Positions 19,375 to 29,576 of a DNA stretch of 64,000 bases are shown here, piece after piece. The position numbers and the translations under genes are program-made. The DNA is from an uncultured Enterobacteriaceae bacterium (lineage in GTDB: Bacteria; Myxococcota_A; UBA796; GCA-2862545): positions 1 through 64,000 of the forward strand of contig CAZZLC010000019.1 of NCBI GenBank assembly GCA_964655065.1. Direction: 5' to 3'. A model generated the notes under the pieces. The model did no database searches, was not told the DNA's origin, and saw only the letters and a program-made list of their open reading frames with translations. Positions within the stretch are counted from its first letter, which is position 1. Every line of letters starts with the position of its first letter.

Positions 19375-19501
19375 CCCGATCGCTCATCGGTACGGCGCTC
19401 CCGAAATCGTAGGCCGACGAGCCGATGGTCACGACCGTGGTGCAGGACCCCGAGGCGCGGATGGCCTCCCGTGCGCTGCTGGCCGACGTTCACACCCTCG
19501 A

Positions 19502-21331
19502 GTGTCCCTTCGGGGCAGCCCCGTCGGTGGTGCGCGGTTAGACCGGCGGCCCGTGCAGAGAATCCCCTCCATCACTGCATCCGCCATCCTCGCTGGGGCC
19601 GCGTCGGGCTTCGGGTTGGCGGCGTGGACGGTCGCCGACCAGGCGTGGCTCTCGCAGGGCCGGTACCGGCTGATCGCCGAGGCGTTCGCCGAGTACCTGG
19701 TCGGCAGCGTGGTGGTGGTGGGCCTGGGCGTGCTCGCCAGCGTCGTCGCCCAGCGAATCGTCGAGCGTCGGCTCGAGCTGCGGTGGGTGTTCGGGTTCGC
19801 AGCGCTCGCCGCCCTGCCGACCCGCGCGGTCGCGAGCCTCCTCGAGCCGACCGCGGTCCTATGGAGCTACGACCGCACGATGTCCCCCCTCGCCTTCCTC
19901 GCCCGGGCGCTGTGCGAGCTCTGGTGGATCGACCTCGCGATGCTCACCGCCCTCGTGGCGGCCGGGTTCGCCATCGGTTTCCGCCCCCGGCGCGACTGGG
20001 TTCCCGCCGGTCCGCCGCGCGTGGCTCTGGTGGTGGTGGCGCTGGTCGGGCTCCTCGGCATCGGGGTGGCGATCGATCGCGAGCGCCCTCGCGAGGGGCA
20101 CGACGTCGTCGTCATCGTCATCGACACGCTCCGGGCCGACCACCTGTCCGCGTTCGGGCACGGGCGACCCACCTCGCCCCACCTCGAGAGGTTCGCGGCC
20201 GATGGGGTCCGGTTCGACAGCGCGATCAGCCCGGCCGCCTGGACCGCACCCGCCCTTACCGCCATCATGACCGGGCAGCTCGCGCGACGGTTCGGGTTCA
20301 CCAACCGCCCGATCCGCATTCCCAGCGACACCCCCACCCTCGTCGAGGCGATGCGCGACCACGGCTGGTCGACCCACGGCATCATCGCGAACATGTACGG
20401 CGGGCCCGCGATCGGGCTCGACCAGGGCTTCCTCACCTTCTCCACCGAGCACGTCGGCGGCGGGCCCTACGTGTCGAGCCAGGGCGTCGCCGATCTGGCC
20501 CTCGAGCGGATCGCCTGGCACGGGTCGCCGCCGCTCCACCTCCACCTCCACTTCAACGATCCGCACTCGGACTACGTGGACCACGAGGGCTGGAGCTGGT
20601 TCGTGCCCGGCGCGGTCCAGTCGCCGCAGGCGCTCCACGACCTCTGGACCGACGCACACGCGATTCCTCCGGACGTTCGGCAAGAGGTCGCCGCGCTCTA
20701 CGACGAGGAGATCGCCTACACCGATCTTCACGTCGGGCGCGTGCTCGACGCCCTGAGAGAGGCGGGTCGCTACGACGACGCGCTGATCGTGGTCACCGCC
20801 GACCACGGCGAGGAGCTCGGAGAGGACGACGAACACTACTTCGGGCACGGCGTCAAGGTGTCACGGGCGCTGACCCGGGTGCCCCTGATCGTGAAGCTCC
20901 CCGGCAACGTCCACGCGGGCCGCGTGGTCGACACGCCGGTGAGCCTGCTCGACCTCGCTCCCACGATCGGCCACGTCACGGGGGTGCCGTTCGAAGGTGA
21001 CGGCCAGGTGCTGCCCCTAGCCGACGGTCCGCCGGATCCCGGCCGCAGGGTGTTCAGCGAGACCATGAACCGTCAGAGGGAGTGGCTACGCAGCGTGGTC
21101 AGCCACCGGTACCGGCTCGTGCGCAACGAGGGCACTGGGGCGGTCGAGCTCTACGACCGGCTCGTGGATCCTGGAGAGGACGTACACGACCTTCATCCCG
21201 ACGTCGTGGCCGACCTGTCCGCCGCGCTCGACGAGTGGAGCGAGCTTGCGGGCCCGACGAGCCCAGCCGTGCTCGCCACGTTCACCGAAGAGGAGCGGGA
21301 GATGCTCGAGGAGCTCGGCTACGTCGAGTGA
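19502..21331 (+). CDS. sulfatase-family (alkaline phosphatase superfamily) hydrolase/transferase with N-terminal membrane domain
   Basis: Four to five N-terminal TM helices precede 'VVVIVIDTLRADHLSAFGH', a 'VVTADHGE' metal-ligand block and 'ELYDRLVDPGE'. There is no Cys/Ser-x-P-x-R FGly motif. GTG start at 19502, with alternatives downstream. Confidence 0.8.
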   Translation: MSLRGSPVGGARLDRRPVQRIPSITASAILAGAASGFGLAAWTVADQAWLSQGRYRLIAEAFAEYLVGSVVVVGLGVLASVVAQRIVERRLELRWVFGFAALAALPTRAVASLLEPTAVLWSYDRTMSPLAFLARALCELWWIDLAMLTALVAAGFAIGFRPRRDWVPAGPPRVALVVVALVGLLGIGVAIDRERPREGHDVVVIVIDTLRADHLSAFGHGRPTSPHLERFAADGVRFDSAISPAAWTAPALTAIMTGQLARRFGFTNRPIRIPSDTPTLVEAMRDHGWSTHGIIANMYGGPAIGLDQGFLTFSTEHVGGGPYVSSQGVADLALERIAWHGSPPLHLHLHFNDPHSDYVDHEGWSWFVPGAVQSPQALHDLWTDAHAIPPDVRQEVAALYDEEIAYTDLHVGRVLDALREAGRYDDALIVVTADHGEELGEDDEHYFGHGVKVSRALTRVPLIVKLPGNVHAGRVVDTPVSLLDLAPTIGHVTGVPFEGDGQVLPLADGPPDPGRRVFSETMNRQREWLRSVVSHRYRLVRNEGTGAVELYDRLVDPGEDVHDLHPDVVADLSAALDEWSELAGPTSPAVLATFTEEEREMLEELGYVE

Positions 21332-22647
21332 GGTCGTCGCGCGCGGCCGAGCGCGGTGAGCAGCTCGCGTCGGAACACGGGGTAGTCGACGGTGATGGTG
21401 TGTCGCGGCGTGTCGAGCTGCCGAACGTGCGGGCGGGACAGCTCGCGCCGGATCGCGCGCTCCCGGTTGGCCGGCGGAGACCACTGGCCCGTCCACCACT
21501 GCGCGAGGAGCTTCGACTGGAGCTCGGCGGCGGGCCAGATGCACCCGAGCGGCTGAAACAGCCCGACGAAAGCGAGGTCGTCACGGTCGGCCGGGATCAT
21601 CTTCAGGTACAATGGTACCGGTCCCTGGCTGTAGTCGAGAAAGCCCGGGTCGAAGAAGGGGTGCTCGATGCGAAAGCCCGTGCAGGCGATGATCGCGTCG
21701 TAGTCTTCGCGGGAGTCGTCGGCGAACACCACCGTGCGGCCCTCGAACCGGGCCACGTGGGGCACGGGCTGGATGCGGCCGTGCCGAATGAAGTACAGCA
21801 GCTCACTGTTGATGGTCGGATGGGTCGTCCCGATGTCGTGGTCGGGTTCGGGCAGCCCGTAGCTCGCGTTCGAGCCCTGCACGAAGCGCAGCAGCATCGT
21901 GTTGAGCCGCTGTCGCAAGGGGCCCGGGAGCATGCGACCGAGGCGACTGTTCGCCACGACGTTGTGGAGGTGGTCGCTCGGGACCCCGAAGATGAACTTC
22001 GGGACGATCCAGTAGCCGCGGCGCCACGAAAGATCGGTCCGAGCGCTGATCCGCGAAGTCTCCACCGCGACGTCGCACGCGCTGTTGCCTCCGCCGATCA
22101 CGAGCACGCGCTGTCCGCGGAAGGGCGCGGCGCGCTTGAAGTCGTGGCTGTGGACGTAGGTGCCCGTGAACGTGCCGGGCACGTCGGGCCAGCGCGGCGA
22201 CCAGTGGTGGCCGTTGGCCACGACGAGCCGGTCGAAGCGCTCGACCTCGGGCGGCGCCTCGCGATCGTGGTCGGGCACGGTCGCGACCTCGAACCCCCCG
22301 TCGGGCAGGGGACGGGCGTGGGTCACGAGCCGCCCGAAGCGCACGTGCTCGTATAGACCGAAGTGTCGGGCATAGCCCTTGAAGTACTCGGCGAGCTGCT
22401 CGTGAGAGGGGTAGTCCGGGTAGTGCTCGGGCATGGGGTACTCGTCGAACTGCGAGTAGGCCTTGCTCGAGATGATGTGGGTCGTCTCGAAGACGCTCGA
22501 GTGACCGGAGTCGGCGTCGAACACCCAGTTTCCGCCGACCTCGGTGCCCCGGTCGTAGATGACGATGTCGTCCAGTCCGGCCGCGAGGAGGGCGCGAGTC
22601 GCGGTCAGCCCGCAGGGTCCAGCTCCGATGACGCAGATACGAGGCAC
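21319..22647 (-). CDS. flavin-containing monooxygenase (FAD/NAD(P)-binding)
   Basis: Dinucleotide-binding motifs 'CVIGAGPCGL' and 'VLVIGGGNSACD', plus the FMO-identifying 'FDRLVVANGHHWSPRWP' region. GTG start at 22647. Confidence 0.8.
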   Translation of the reverse strand: MPRICVIGAGPCGLTATRALLAAGLDDIVIYDRGTEVGGNWVFDADSGHSSVFETTHIISSKAYSQFDEYPMPEHYPDYPSHEQLAEYFKGYARHFGLYEHVRFGRLVTHARPLPDGGFEVATVPDHDREAPPEVERFDRLVVANGHHWSPRWPDVPGTFTGTYVHSHDFKRAAPFRGQRVLVIGGGNSACDVAVETSRISARTDLSWRRGYWIVPKFIFGVPSDHLHNVVANSRLGRMLPGPLRQRLNTMLLRFVQGSNASYGLPEPDHDIGTTHPTINSELLYFIRHGRIQPVPHVARFEGRTVVFADDSREDYDAIIACTGFRIEHPFFDPGFLDYSQGPVPLYLKMIPADRDDLAFVGLFQPLGCIWPAAELQSKLLAQWWTGQWSPPANRERAIRRELSRPHVRQLDTPRHTITVDYPVFRRELLTALGRARRPHST

Positions 22648-22703
22648 GTGGTTCTCCCAGATCGCGGTCGGCCCCCTATCGTCGTTCTGGCTACGCGGAC
22701 AGC

Positions 22704-23851
22704 ATGCGCATTGGCTTCTCCGCTCCGCTCCCTCGATTCCTGCACGACTGGCTGGCGCGCGCGGTGCCCGCGCGGTTCACCCGGGTGGCGACCGCCGATC
22801 CGGAGGCGACCTGCCGGGGCGCGGTCTATCGACGGCACGGCGATGCCGACGTGCTCGAGGTCAGCGACGAGCTGCCGGTCCCTGCCCCCAGCCCTCACCA
22901 CGTGCGCGTCGCGGTCGCCGCTGCTGGCGTGAACCCGCTCGACTTCAAGCTCCGGCACCACGAGATCAGTCGCCTCGCGCTTCCTCTCCCGCGGAGCCCT
23001 GGCTGCGATCTCGCGGGGCGGGTGATCGACGCCCCGACGAACAGCGGGTTTGCGCCGGGGGACCCGGTGTTCGGCATGATGCCCTTTCTCGGCAACCCGT
23101 GGGGCGCGACCGCCGCTGTGGTTCCGGTCGAGCCCCGATTCCTCGCCCTCACCCCCGAGGCGCTGTCCGACGTAGAGGCTGCCGCGCTGCCGCTCACCGC
23201 CCTCACGTCTTCCAGGGTCTCCGTCGTGCGGTGCGGGCGCTCCGTCCCACGGCCGGGCGCTGGGCCCTCGTGCAGGCGGCCTCGGGCGGCACCGGCTCCG
23301 TCGCCGTCCAGCTGCTCGCGCGCCACTACGGCATGCGGGTCATCGGCACGTGTCGATCGCAGAACGCCGAGCTCGTGCGAGGGTTCGGGGCCGAGGTCGT
23401 GGTCGACCATACCCGCGAGGCGTTCGACGAAGTGGTGCGTGACGTCGACCTCGTCTTCGACCCCCTCGGGTTCCGCTACCGGACGCGGACCCTGCAGAGC
23501 GAGGTCCTCCGACGCGGAGGTCACTACGTCCACCTGGCCAGCTCCGACTGGACGCAGGGCCCTCCGAGTCGGTTCTCGGTACCCGAGGCGGGCCCGGGGC
23601 CGATGATCCGGGACTTCGGGCGCGCCCTGGCGAGCCGTGTGCTCGTGCCGCTCGGCCTGGCTCGCGCCCATGTCCATCACGTGTTCGTCCACCCCGACGG
23701 TCCGGGGCTCCGCGAGGTCTCGGAGAGGGTCCGACAGGGGCAGCTTCGACCTCACGTCGACACGGTCTACCCTCTCGAGGAGGTCGCCCGCGCCCACCGC
23801 CACGTCGAGTCGGGGCACACCCGCGGCAAGGTGGTGGTTCGGCTCGGGTAG
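22704..23851 (+). pseudogene. MDR-superfamily quinone oxidoreductase/zinc-type alcohol dehydrogenase, disrupted by a -1 frameshift near 23205-23208
   Basis: ORF 22704..23606 gives the N-terminal half ('AVYRRHGDADVLEV..PVPAP..HHVRVAVAAAGVNPLDFKLR..ALPLTALT'). ORF 22559..23851, in a different frame, gives the C-terminal half ('VFQGLRR..RWALVQAASGGTGSVAVQLL...GKVVVRL'). Inserting one nucleotide in 'ctcac^gtcttc' restores 'LTALT-VFQGL'. Confidence 0.7.
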
Positions 23852-25270
23852 CTACGCGCCCTCGACGAGCACGCCACGGCTCTCGACCCCGTGCCGACCG
23901 GCCGCCGTGACCACCCGGGCCTCCGCTCCGAGAGCGAGGATCGGCGTCGAGGCGGGGACGATCCGTTCGATCGACCAGCCTTCGCCGTCGGGAGCGTAGA
24001 CCACCCACCACCGCGCGTCCTCGTGCGCGAGGTGAACGCCGTCTTTCCGGCGCTCGACGGACGGCGGGGCGACCTCGACCTCCCGCAGGGCGAACACCGG
24101 AGGCGGCAGGGCCTTCGTCTCGTAGAGCTCGTCGCGAAAGACGCCGCGGATGCCGAGGGTGTCGTCGAGCAGGGGGCCGGTGTGAAACCAGATGTTCCCG
24201 GACGCGGCCTCGCGCGCGAGCGCGATCTCGCGCCGGAACTCGTCGACGGTGAAGCGGTCGTCGTCACCGAGCTTGGCGAGGAAGTTGCCCACGAAGGTGT
24301 AGCCGGGGCCCGGCAGGGCGGTCCACCACTCGAGCAGCGGCTCGTAGGGCTGCTTCGTGCGCTCGGTGGGCCAGTACAGCTGGGGCGCCAGGTAGTCCAC
24401 CAGGCCGCGCGCCTTCCAGGCCGGCGGATCGGCGTGGAGGCTCTCGTACTGGTCGAACGCCTCGATGCCTGGAGGCTGCCCGGGCCGGTAGAGCCCGAAC
24501 GGGCTGATCCCGAACCTCACCCACGGCTTCTCGTCGCGAACGACCTGCCCGAGCCGCTCCACCATCTGGTCCACGTTGGCCCTGCGCCACGCCGAGAGCT
24601 CGCGCCCGCCGCCGTGCGCCGCGTAGGTGGCCTGGTCGGGGAACCGCGCGTCGGTCGGGTAGGGGTAGAAGTAGTCGTCGAGGTGGACTCCATCGATGTC
24701 GTAGCGGTGCACGACGTCGGCGACGACCGCGGCGGTGTGGTCCTGGACCTCGGGCGCTCCGGGGTCCATCCACCGGTGTGCTCCGTAGCGGTGGACGTGC
24801 TCGTCCAGCGCTACCGCAACGTGGCTGTCGGCCACCGGGTCGTCGTGCTTCAGGCCCGCCCGGTAGGGGTTGAACCAGGCGTGGAGCTCCAACCCCCGGG
24901 CGTGGCTCGCGTGGACCGCGAACGCGAGCGGGTCGTAGCCCGGGTCCTGTCCCTGCGTCCCCGTGAGGTATCGGCTCCACGGCTCGAGCGCGCTGGCATA
25001 GAGGGCGTCGGCCTCGGGGCGGACCTGGAAGAAGATCGCGTTGAGTCCGGCCTCGGCGCTCGCGTCGAGGATGGCGAGCAGCTCCTGCTGCTGCTGCTCG
25101 GCGGAGAGGCCGGGTGCCGACGGCCAGTTGATGTTGTCCACGGTCGCGACCCAACCCCCCCGCAGCTCGCGGCGGTGGCTCACGTCGACGAGGGGAGGCG
25201 CCGGCGGCGGAGGAGGCGGCTCGAACCAGGAACACCCGGTGCCGCCGAGGAGAGCGAGTACGGTGGACAC
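23852..25270 (-). CDS. glycoside-hydrolase-like family 10 (YddW/UPF0748-type) lipoprotein
   Basis: 'GLNAIFFQVRPEADALYAS..EPWS' and 'HAWFNPYR' are characteristic of GHL10/PF02638. N-terminal 'VLALLGGTGC' forms a lipobox. GTG start at 25270. Confidence 0.75.
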   Translation of the reverse strand: MSTVLALLGGTGCSWFEPPPPPPAPPLVDVSHRRELRGGWVATVDNINWPSAPGLSAEQQQQELLAILDASAEAGLNAIFFQVRPEADALYASALEPWSRYLTGTQGQDPGYDPLAFAVHASHARGLELHAWFNPYRAGLKHDDPVADSHVAVALDEHVHRYGAHRWMDPGAPEVQDHTAAVVADVVHRYDIDGVHLDDYFYPYPTDARFPDQATYAAHGGGRELSAWRRANVDQMVERLGQVVRDEKPWVRFGISPFGLYRPGQPPGIEAFDQYESLHADPPAWKARGLVDYLAPQLYWPTERTKQPYEPLLEWWTALPGPGYTFVGNFLAKLGDDDRFTVDEFRREIALAREAASGNIWFHTGPLLDDTLGIRGVFRDELYETKALPPPVFALREVEVAPPSVERRKDGVHLAHEDARWWVVYAPDGEGWSIERIVPASTPILALGAEARVVTAAGRHGVESRGVLVEGA

Positions 25271-25275
25271 GTGGG

Positions 25276-26352
25276 TCAGCGTACCACCGCGGACCCTTCA
25301 CCGGGCTGGCGGACTCCGTCGGGCAGCGGCGTCCAGTGCGGAAGGTCGAGACGTGGCTCCCGAGGCGGGCTCACCTGGGTGGTACGGCCGAGGTCCACCA
25401 CCTCGTCGGTCCCGAGCCGACGCAGTCGACCCGAGCGCAAGAGGCTCGCCGCGCCCTGGCCCTGCACCGTCCAGACGCGCTCGCGGATGCCGCCGAGAGC
25501 CATGTCGTAGTCAGCGACGGCGTGCAGTCGGAGCTTGCCGCTCTCGACGAACTCCTGGAACGCACCGCCGCCTCCGGGTGGGTCCCGGGGCGAGCCGCCG
25601 GGGAGGAAGCGATTGGCCTCGACGCGCATCCGACCCGTCAGTTCGTCTCGCGGCATTCGGCCGTGCAGCCGGCCGAGCCCGTCCAGCATGCCCACCACCA
25701 CGGTGCGGTTGGCGGCGGCAAGGGTCTGGACGAGCCGGCGTCCCTGGTAGAGGTTCGCGTTGTGCACTGCCCGCTCGAAGCCATAGGTGCCGAGCTCCAG
25801 GTTGGCTGCGAGCAGCGGCTCCTCGTAGGTGAACCAGCGCGCGCCGTCCTGCCAGCCGGTCTCGGGGACCTCGAGGTGGAACGCCGAGATCGCCTGATCG
25901 AGAAGCAACGCGCCGAGCGCGGTCCGATCAGGCTGCTCCTTTGCGATGGTCACCGTGCCCGCTCCGTGGATCCGAAGCCGCACCGCGGTGCGGGCCAGTT
26001 GCGCCGCGATCTCGGCGAGCGCCCGCTCGACGTGCCGTCGGTCGCGCGGACGCTGCCAGGCGTCGTAGGTCACCACGCGCACCGACGCGCGCTCGATCTC
26101 GCACTGGACCCAGCCCCCCTTGCGCTTGGGCTTGGTGACCCGGCAGTGGAGCATCGCCTCGACCTGCCACGCCGGACAGCGGAACGAGCGGCCGTCGAGC
26201 CCCAGGGTCAGCGGCGCATCGGCGTCGATGGTCTCGCTGGCCACCCACCAGCGCGTGTCCTGCCACGGAGAGAGCGGGTCACCGTAGACCGTGATCTCGG
26301 CGTCGGGGCCGGGCTCGGCCGCCCAGACCAGTGCAATCGTCAACCACAGCAC
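25276..26352 (-). CDS. hypothetical secreted protein
   Basis: Signal-like N-terminus 'LWLTIALVWAAEP', followed by non-biased composition. It is co-oriented with the downstream GHL10 gene with a 5-nt gap. GTG start at 26352, with a TTG alternative. Confidence 0.55.
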   Translation of the reverse strand: MLWLTIALVWAAEPGPDAEITVYGDPLSPWQDTRWWVASETIDADAPLTLGLDGRSFRCPAWQVEAMLHCRVTKPKRKGGWVQCEIERASVRVVTYDAWQRPRDRRHVERALAEIAAQLARTAVRLRIHGAGTVTIAKEQPDRTALGALLLDQAISAFHLEVPETGWQDGARWFTYEEPLLAANLELGTYGFERAVHNANLYQGRRLVQTLAAANRTVVVGMLDGLGRLHGRMPRDELTGRMRVEANRFLPGGSPRDPPGGGGAFQEFVESGKLRLHAVADYDMALGGIRERVWTVQGQGAASLLRSGRLRRLGTDEVVDLGRTTQVSPPREPRLDLPHWTPLPDGVRQPGEGSAVVR

Positions 26353-26425
26353 GTGCGCACCCCCGCCCCCACTCGTGCGAGCTGTGCCGAACCTGCAAAG
26401 GGCACCGTGCGAGTGCGGTGGTCGA

Positions 26426-27769
26426 CTATACCGTCTGCGAGTAGCGCCCCTGGCCCTGCTCGCGGGCGAGCGAGGGGTCGAAGGCCATGGCGACCACGCG
26501 AAGGAAGAAGCGCCCCTTCTCGGTGACGACCACCCGCTCCGGCGACACCTCGACCAGCTGGTCCGAGACCAGCGGGTCCAGCTGCCTCAGGCTCCACGAC
26601 CACGTCTCGGGCAGCCGGCCGAAGCGGTCCACGATCTCGTGAGCCAGCACCTCGCCTCGACACAGGATCGACTCGATGATCGCCGCGTGGACGCGATCGT
26701 CTGCAGTCGAGAGGTAGGCCCGGGTCACGGGGACGCGACCCTCCTCGATGGCGCGCCACCACTTGCCGAGGTGCGACTCGACCTGGACGTAGGCGCCGTC
26801 GACCTCGCTGATCCCCGAAGGGCCGAGGGCGACCACGGGGAGCGCGGCATAGGGGGTGTAGCCCATGAAGTTGCGCCCGATGGTCCCGTTCGAGAGCGCA
26901 TTGGCGAGGGGATCGCCGGGCCGCGCGTAGTGGTCGAAGCCGATCGCGACGTAGCCTGCTTCGGTGAGCAGGTGATGGGCCGTGAGTCGCAACTCCGCGC
27001 GCTCGTCGGCGCCGGGCAGCGTCGAGGGGTCGATGGCCCGCTGATGGCGCTTCAGCCAGGGGACGTGGGCGTAGCCGAAGACGGAGAGCCGCTCGGGTCG
27101 CCACCGCAGGATGTGGAGCAGCGTGTCGGTGAGGGTGTCGGCCGTCTGGTGGGGGAGGCCGGTCATCACGTCGACGTTGATCGAGTCGATGCCCCGGGAC
27201 CGGGCCAGCGTCACGAGCTCTTCGATGGCGTCCCGGGACTGCGGCCGGTTCACGGCGGCGAGCACGGTGGGATCGAGGGACTGGACGCCGAGCGACAGGC
27301 GCGTAACGCCGTCCCTGACCAGCGCGTCGAGGCGTCGCTCGTCGGTGACCATCGGGTCGACCTCGACGCTGATCTCGCAGCCGTCCACGAGGTATCCGGC
27401 GCGCCGAATCGTCGCGAAGAGGCGGTGGAGCTGCTTGGGGTCGAGCCAGGTGGGCGTCCCGCCGCCGAGGTGAACCCACCGCATGGCCAGGGGCGGGGTG
27501 GCGTCCACCTGGCGGTCCAGCGCGGCGAGGTAGCGGTCCCCAGCGGACTGTCGCCGGCTCACCACCATGTTGCAGCCACAGTAGACGCACTGGTCCTTGC
27601 AGAAGGGCACGTGGACATAAAGCGCGGTGGGACGGTCGAGACGGCCGAGCACGTCGGCCCAGGCCCGGGGTCCTGGCTCGTTGGACCAGCGCGGGACGGG
27701 GGGGTAACTCGTATAGCGAGGACCCGGCCGGGCATATCGCTCGATGAGGTCGGAGGAGATGGCGACCAT
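26426..27769 (-). CDS. hemN: oxygen-independent coproporphyrinogen III oxidase (radical SAM)
   Basis: Radical-SAM CxxxCxxC cluster 'HVPFCKDQCVYCGC'. Length 447 aa with a HemN-type C-terminal domain. ATG start at 27769. Confidence 0.9.
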   Translation of the reverse strand: MVAISSDLIERYARPGPRYTSYPPVPRWSNEPGPRAWADVLGRLDRPTALYVHVPFCKDQCVYCGCNMVVSRRQSAGDRYLAALDRQVDATPPLAMRWVHLGGGTPTWLDPKQLHRLFATIRRAGYLVDGCEISVEVDPMVTDERRLDALVRDGVTRLSLGVQSLDPTVLAAVNRPQSRDAIEELVTLARSRGIDSINVDVMTGLPHQTADTLTDTLLHILRWRPERLSVFGYAHVPWLKRHQRAIDPSTLPGADERAELRLTAHHLLTEAGYVAIGFDHYARPGDPLANALSNGTIGRNFMGYTPYAALPVVALGPSGISEVDGAYVQVESHLGKWWRAIEEGRVPVTRAYLSTADDRVHAAIIESILCRGEVLAHEIVDRFGRLPETWSWSLRQLDPLVSDQLVEVSPERVVVTEKGRFFLRVVAMAFDPSLAREQGQGRYSQTV

Positions 27770-27822
27770 GGGGCACTCCGGAGGAGACGGGCAACCGAGA
27801 CGAGCATCAGCACGCGCCGTCC

Positions 27823-28515
27823 ATGCACGTCTCGTGCCAGGCTGGCTGGTCGGCTCGAAGGGCGTTGATGGCGAGGTCTGAGGTCACCCATCCGTTCTCG
27901 CCGCCGCGTGCTGGGCTTGGGAGCGCGGGCGATATCGCACGACCGGTGACCCAGTCGGACGTGCGCCGAGACCTCGAGCATCGGGGCTTCGAGGTCACCG
28001 CGGGGGAGGCGGGTGAGCTGCGCGCCGTGCGGACCCGGTTCCACGGTGAGCTGCTGACGCGCATCGACACCGTGGTCTGGGTGCGCCGGATTCCGGTGGT
28101 CGATGCCGAGACGGTTCGGGCCGATCGGGAGCGCCTCGCCGAGTGGGTGCGGGAGAACCAGCTCCCCCGGTTCCGCTCTCGCATGACCGTGCTCGCGTAC
28201 CACGCCGACCGCTCGACGGCGGAGGCCCGTGCGCTCGCGCTCGCAGGCCCCACCATGCGGAGCGGTCGCTTCCACGGACTCGGCATCCGAGATCGCGATG
28301 GGATTCACGCGTTTCGGAGCGTGCGTCTGCGGGGGCTCGCGTTCTTTCCCCTGCTCAACTTCCTGGTGCTCACCACGCTCGCGCCGCAGCAGCGGCCCGA
28401 GCCCCGCGTGGTCTGGGTCTGGGCGATCATCCTCACCCTGGGTCAGCTCCCTCTCGTGGTCGTGCTCGGCTGGATCGCCCTGACGCTCGCTCGCGCCCGC
28501 GGGTGGTGGCCGTGA
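27823..28515 (+). CDS. hypothetical protein with C-terminal TM segments
   Basis: Protein-like composition after roughly aa 16 ('MARSEVTHP...'). The C-terminus is 'FFPLLNFLVLTTL...VVWVWAIILTLGQLPLVVVLGWIALTL'. It is divergent from hemN. Confidence 0.4.
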   Translation: MHVSCQAGWSARRALMARSEVTHPFSPPRAGLGSAGDIARPVTQSDVRRDLEHRGFEVTAGEAGELRAVRTRFHGELLTRIDTVVWVRRIPVVDAETVRADRERLAEWVRENQLPRFRSRMTVLAYHADRSTAEARALALAGPTMRSGRFHGLGIRDRDGIHAFRSVRLRGLAFFPLLNFLVLTTLAPQQRPEPRVVWVWAIILTLGQLPLVVVLGWIALTLARARGWWP

Positions 28516-28525
28516 CAGCGGAGGA

Positions 28526-29572
28526 TCAGGTCGCGAGCTGGCTCACGATGGTGGAGAACGCTCCGGGGACCGTCTTCAAGAAGGGCACCATCAGCCGCCG
28601 GATCACGGGCACGTCGCGCAAGGCGAGGAGGCCCTCGGTGAGCGTCCAGTACCGCCAGGTGGCGGCTCGCCACCGCCGCTCGTACCGATCGGGTCTGTCG
28701 TCGACGATGCAGGCGATCGCAGCCTCGGCGGTCGAGATCCCCAGCCGGATGCCCTCGCCGGTGATGGGGTCGAGGTAGCCCGACGCGTCCCCCACGAGCA
28801 GGACGCGGCCCAACTGATGGCGCCGCGCTCGACGCTCGAAGGGTCCTCGACCCCGAACGGCGGTGCACGGGTCGCCGGTGAGCTTCTCCGCGAGGGCGGG
28901 AAACCTCGTCAGCAGGGTCGAGAAGCGCCCCTCGGCTCCGCGTCCCTCGGGAAGGGGCTCGCCCGCGAACAGGATCGCCACCCCGACCTGGTCGGGACCG
29001 ACCGGCGTGACGTAGGCCTCGGCGTCGGGCGCCCAGTGGACCTCGACGAACGGGGACCACGGCGCCTGGGTGAAGTGTCGGCGCAGCCCCATGCGAACCC
29101 GTCGGCGAGTCGGGCGATCGAGCCCCAGCGACCGTCGGGTGGGCGAGTAGAGCCCGTCCGCAGCGACGAACCAGCGGGCCCGCTGTCCGTTGACGAGCAC
29201 GTGGTCTTCGGCGGGCTTCACCTCGTCGACCCTCGCATGACGGAACGCGACGCCGAGCGACGCGGCGCGCTCCCGGAGCGCTCGGTGGAGCGTGGTCCGC
29301 CGTACGCCCAGGCCCGGCCCCTGGCTGAATCGCCCCTCGGCCGTCCACGGCCCGTCGACGTAGCGGATGCCGAAGAACGGGTGGCTCACTTCGGGGTTCA
29401 CCCCGAGGCCGGCGAGTGCGGTCACCGCGCCTGGCATCAGGCCTTCGCCGCAGGCCTTGTCGATCACGCCCTCGCGAGGCTCGAACACGGTGGGGGCCCG
29501 ACCCGCCCTGGCGGCCAGGATCGCGGTCACCAGGCCTGCCGGGCCCCCTCCAGCGATCGCGAGGTCCAGCAC
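28526..29572 (-). CDS. FAD-dependent oxidoreductase (geranylgeranyl-reductase/flavin monooxygenase family)
   Basis: N-terminal 'LAIAGGGPAGL' FAD-binding fingerprint and a 'GDASGYLDPITGEGI' second FAD motif. It is the last gene of the PKS operon. Confidence 0.8.
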   Translation of the reverse strand: MLDLAIAGGGPAGLVTAILAARAGRAPTVFEPREGVIDKACGEGLMPGAVTALAGLGVNPEVSHPFFGIRYVDGPWTAEGRFSQGPGLGVRRTTLHRALRERAASLGVAFRHARVDEVKPAEDHVLVNGQRARWFVAADGLYSPTRRSLGLDRPTRRRVRMGLRRHFTQAPWSPFVEVHWAPDAEAYVTPVGPDQVGVAILFAGEPLPEGRGAEGRFSTLLTRFPALAEKLTGDPCTAVRGRGPFERRARRHQLGRVLLVGDASGYLDPITGEGIRLGISTAEAAIACIVDDRPDRYERRWRAATWRYWTLTEGLLALRDVPVIRRLMVPFLKTVPGAFSTIVSQLAT

Positions 29573-29576
29573 GGGG

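Noticed and set aside
18577-21000. 807-aa plus-strand ORF overlapping the DUF4886-like and sulfatase-family genes
   Set aside because: Frame-shifted relative to the real sulfatase frame. The translation is poly-Arg/Gly/Pro.
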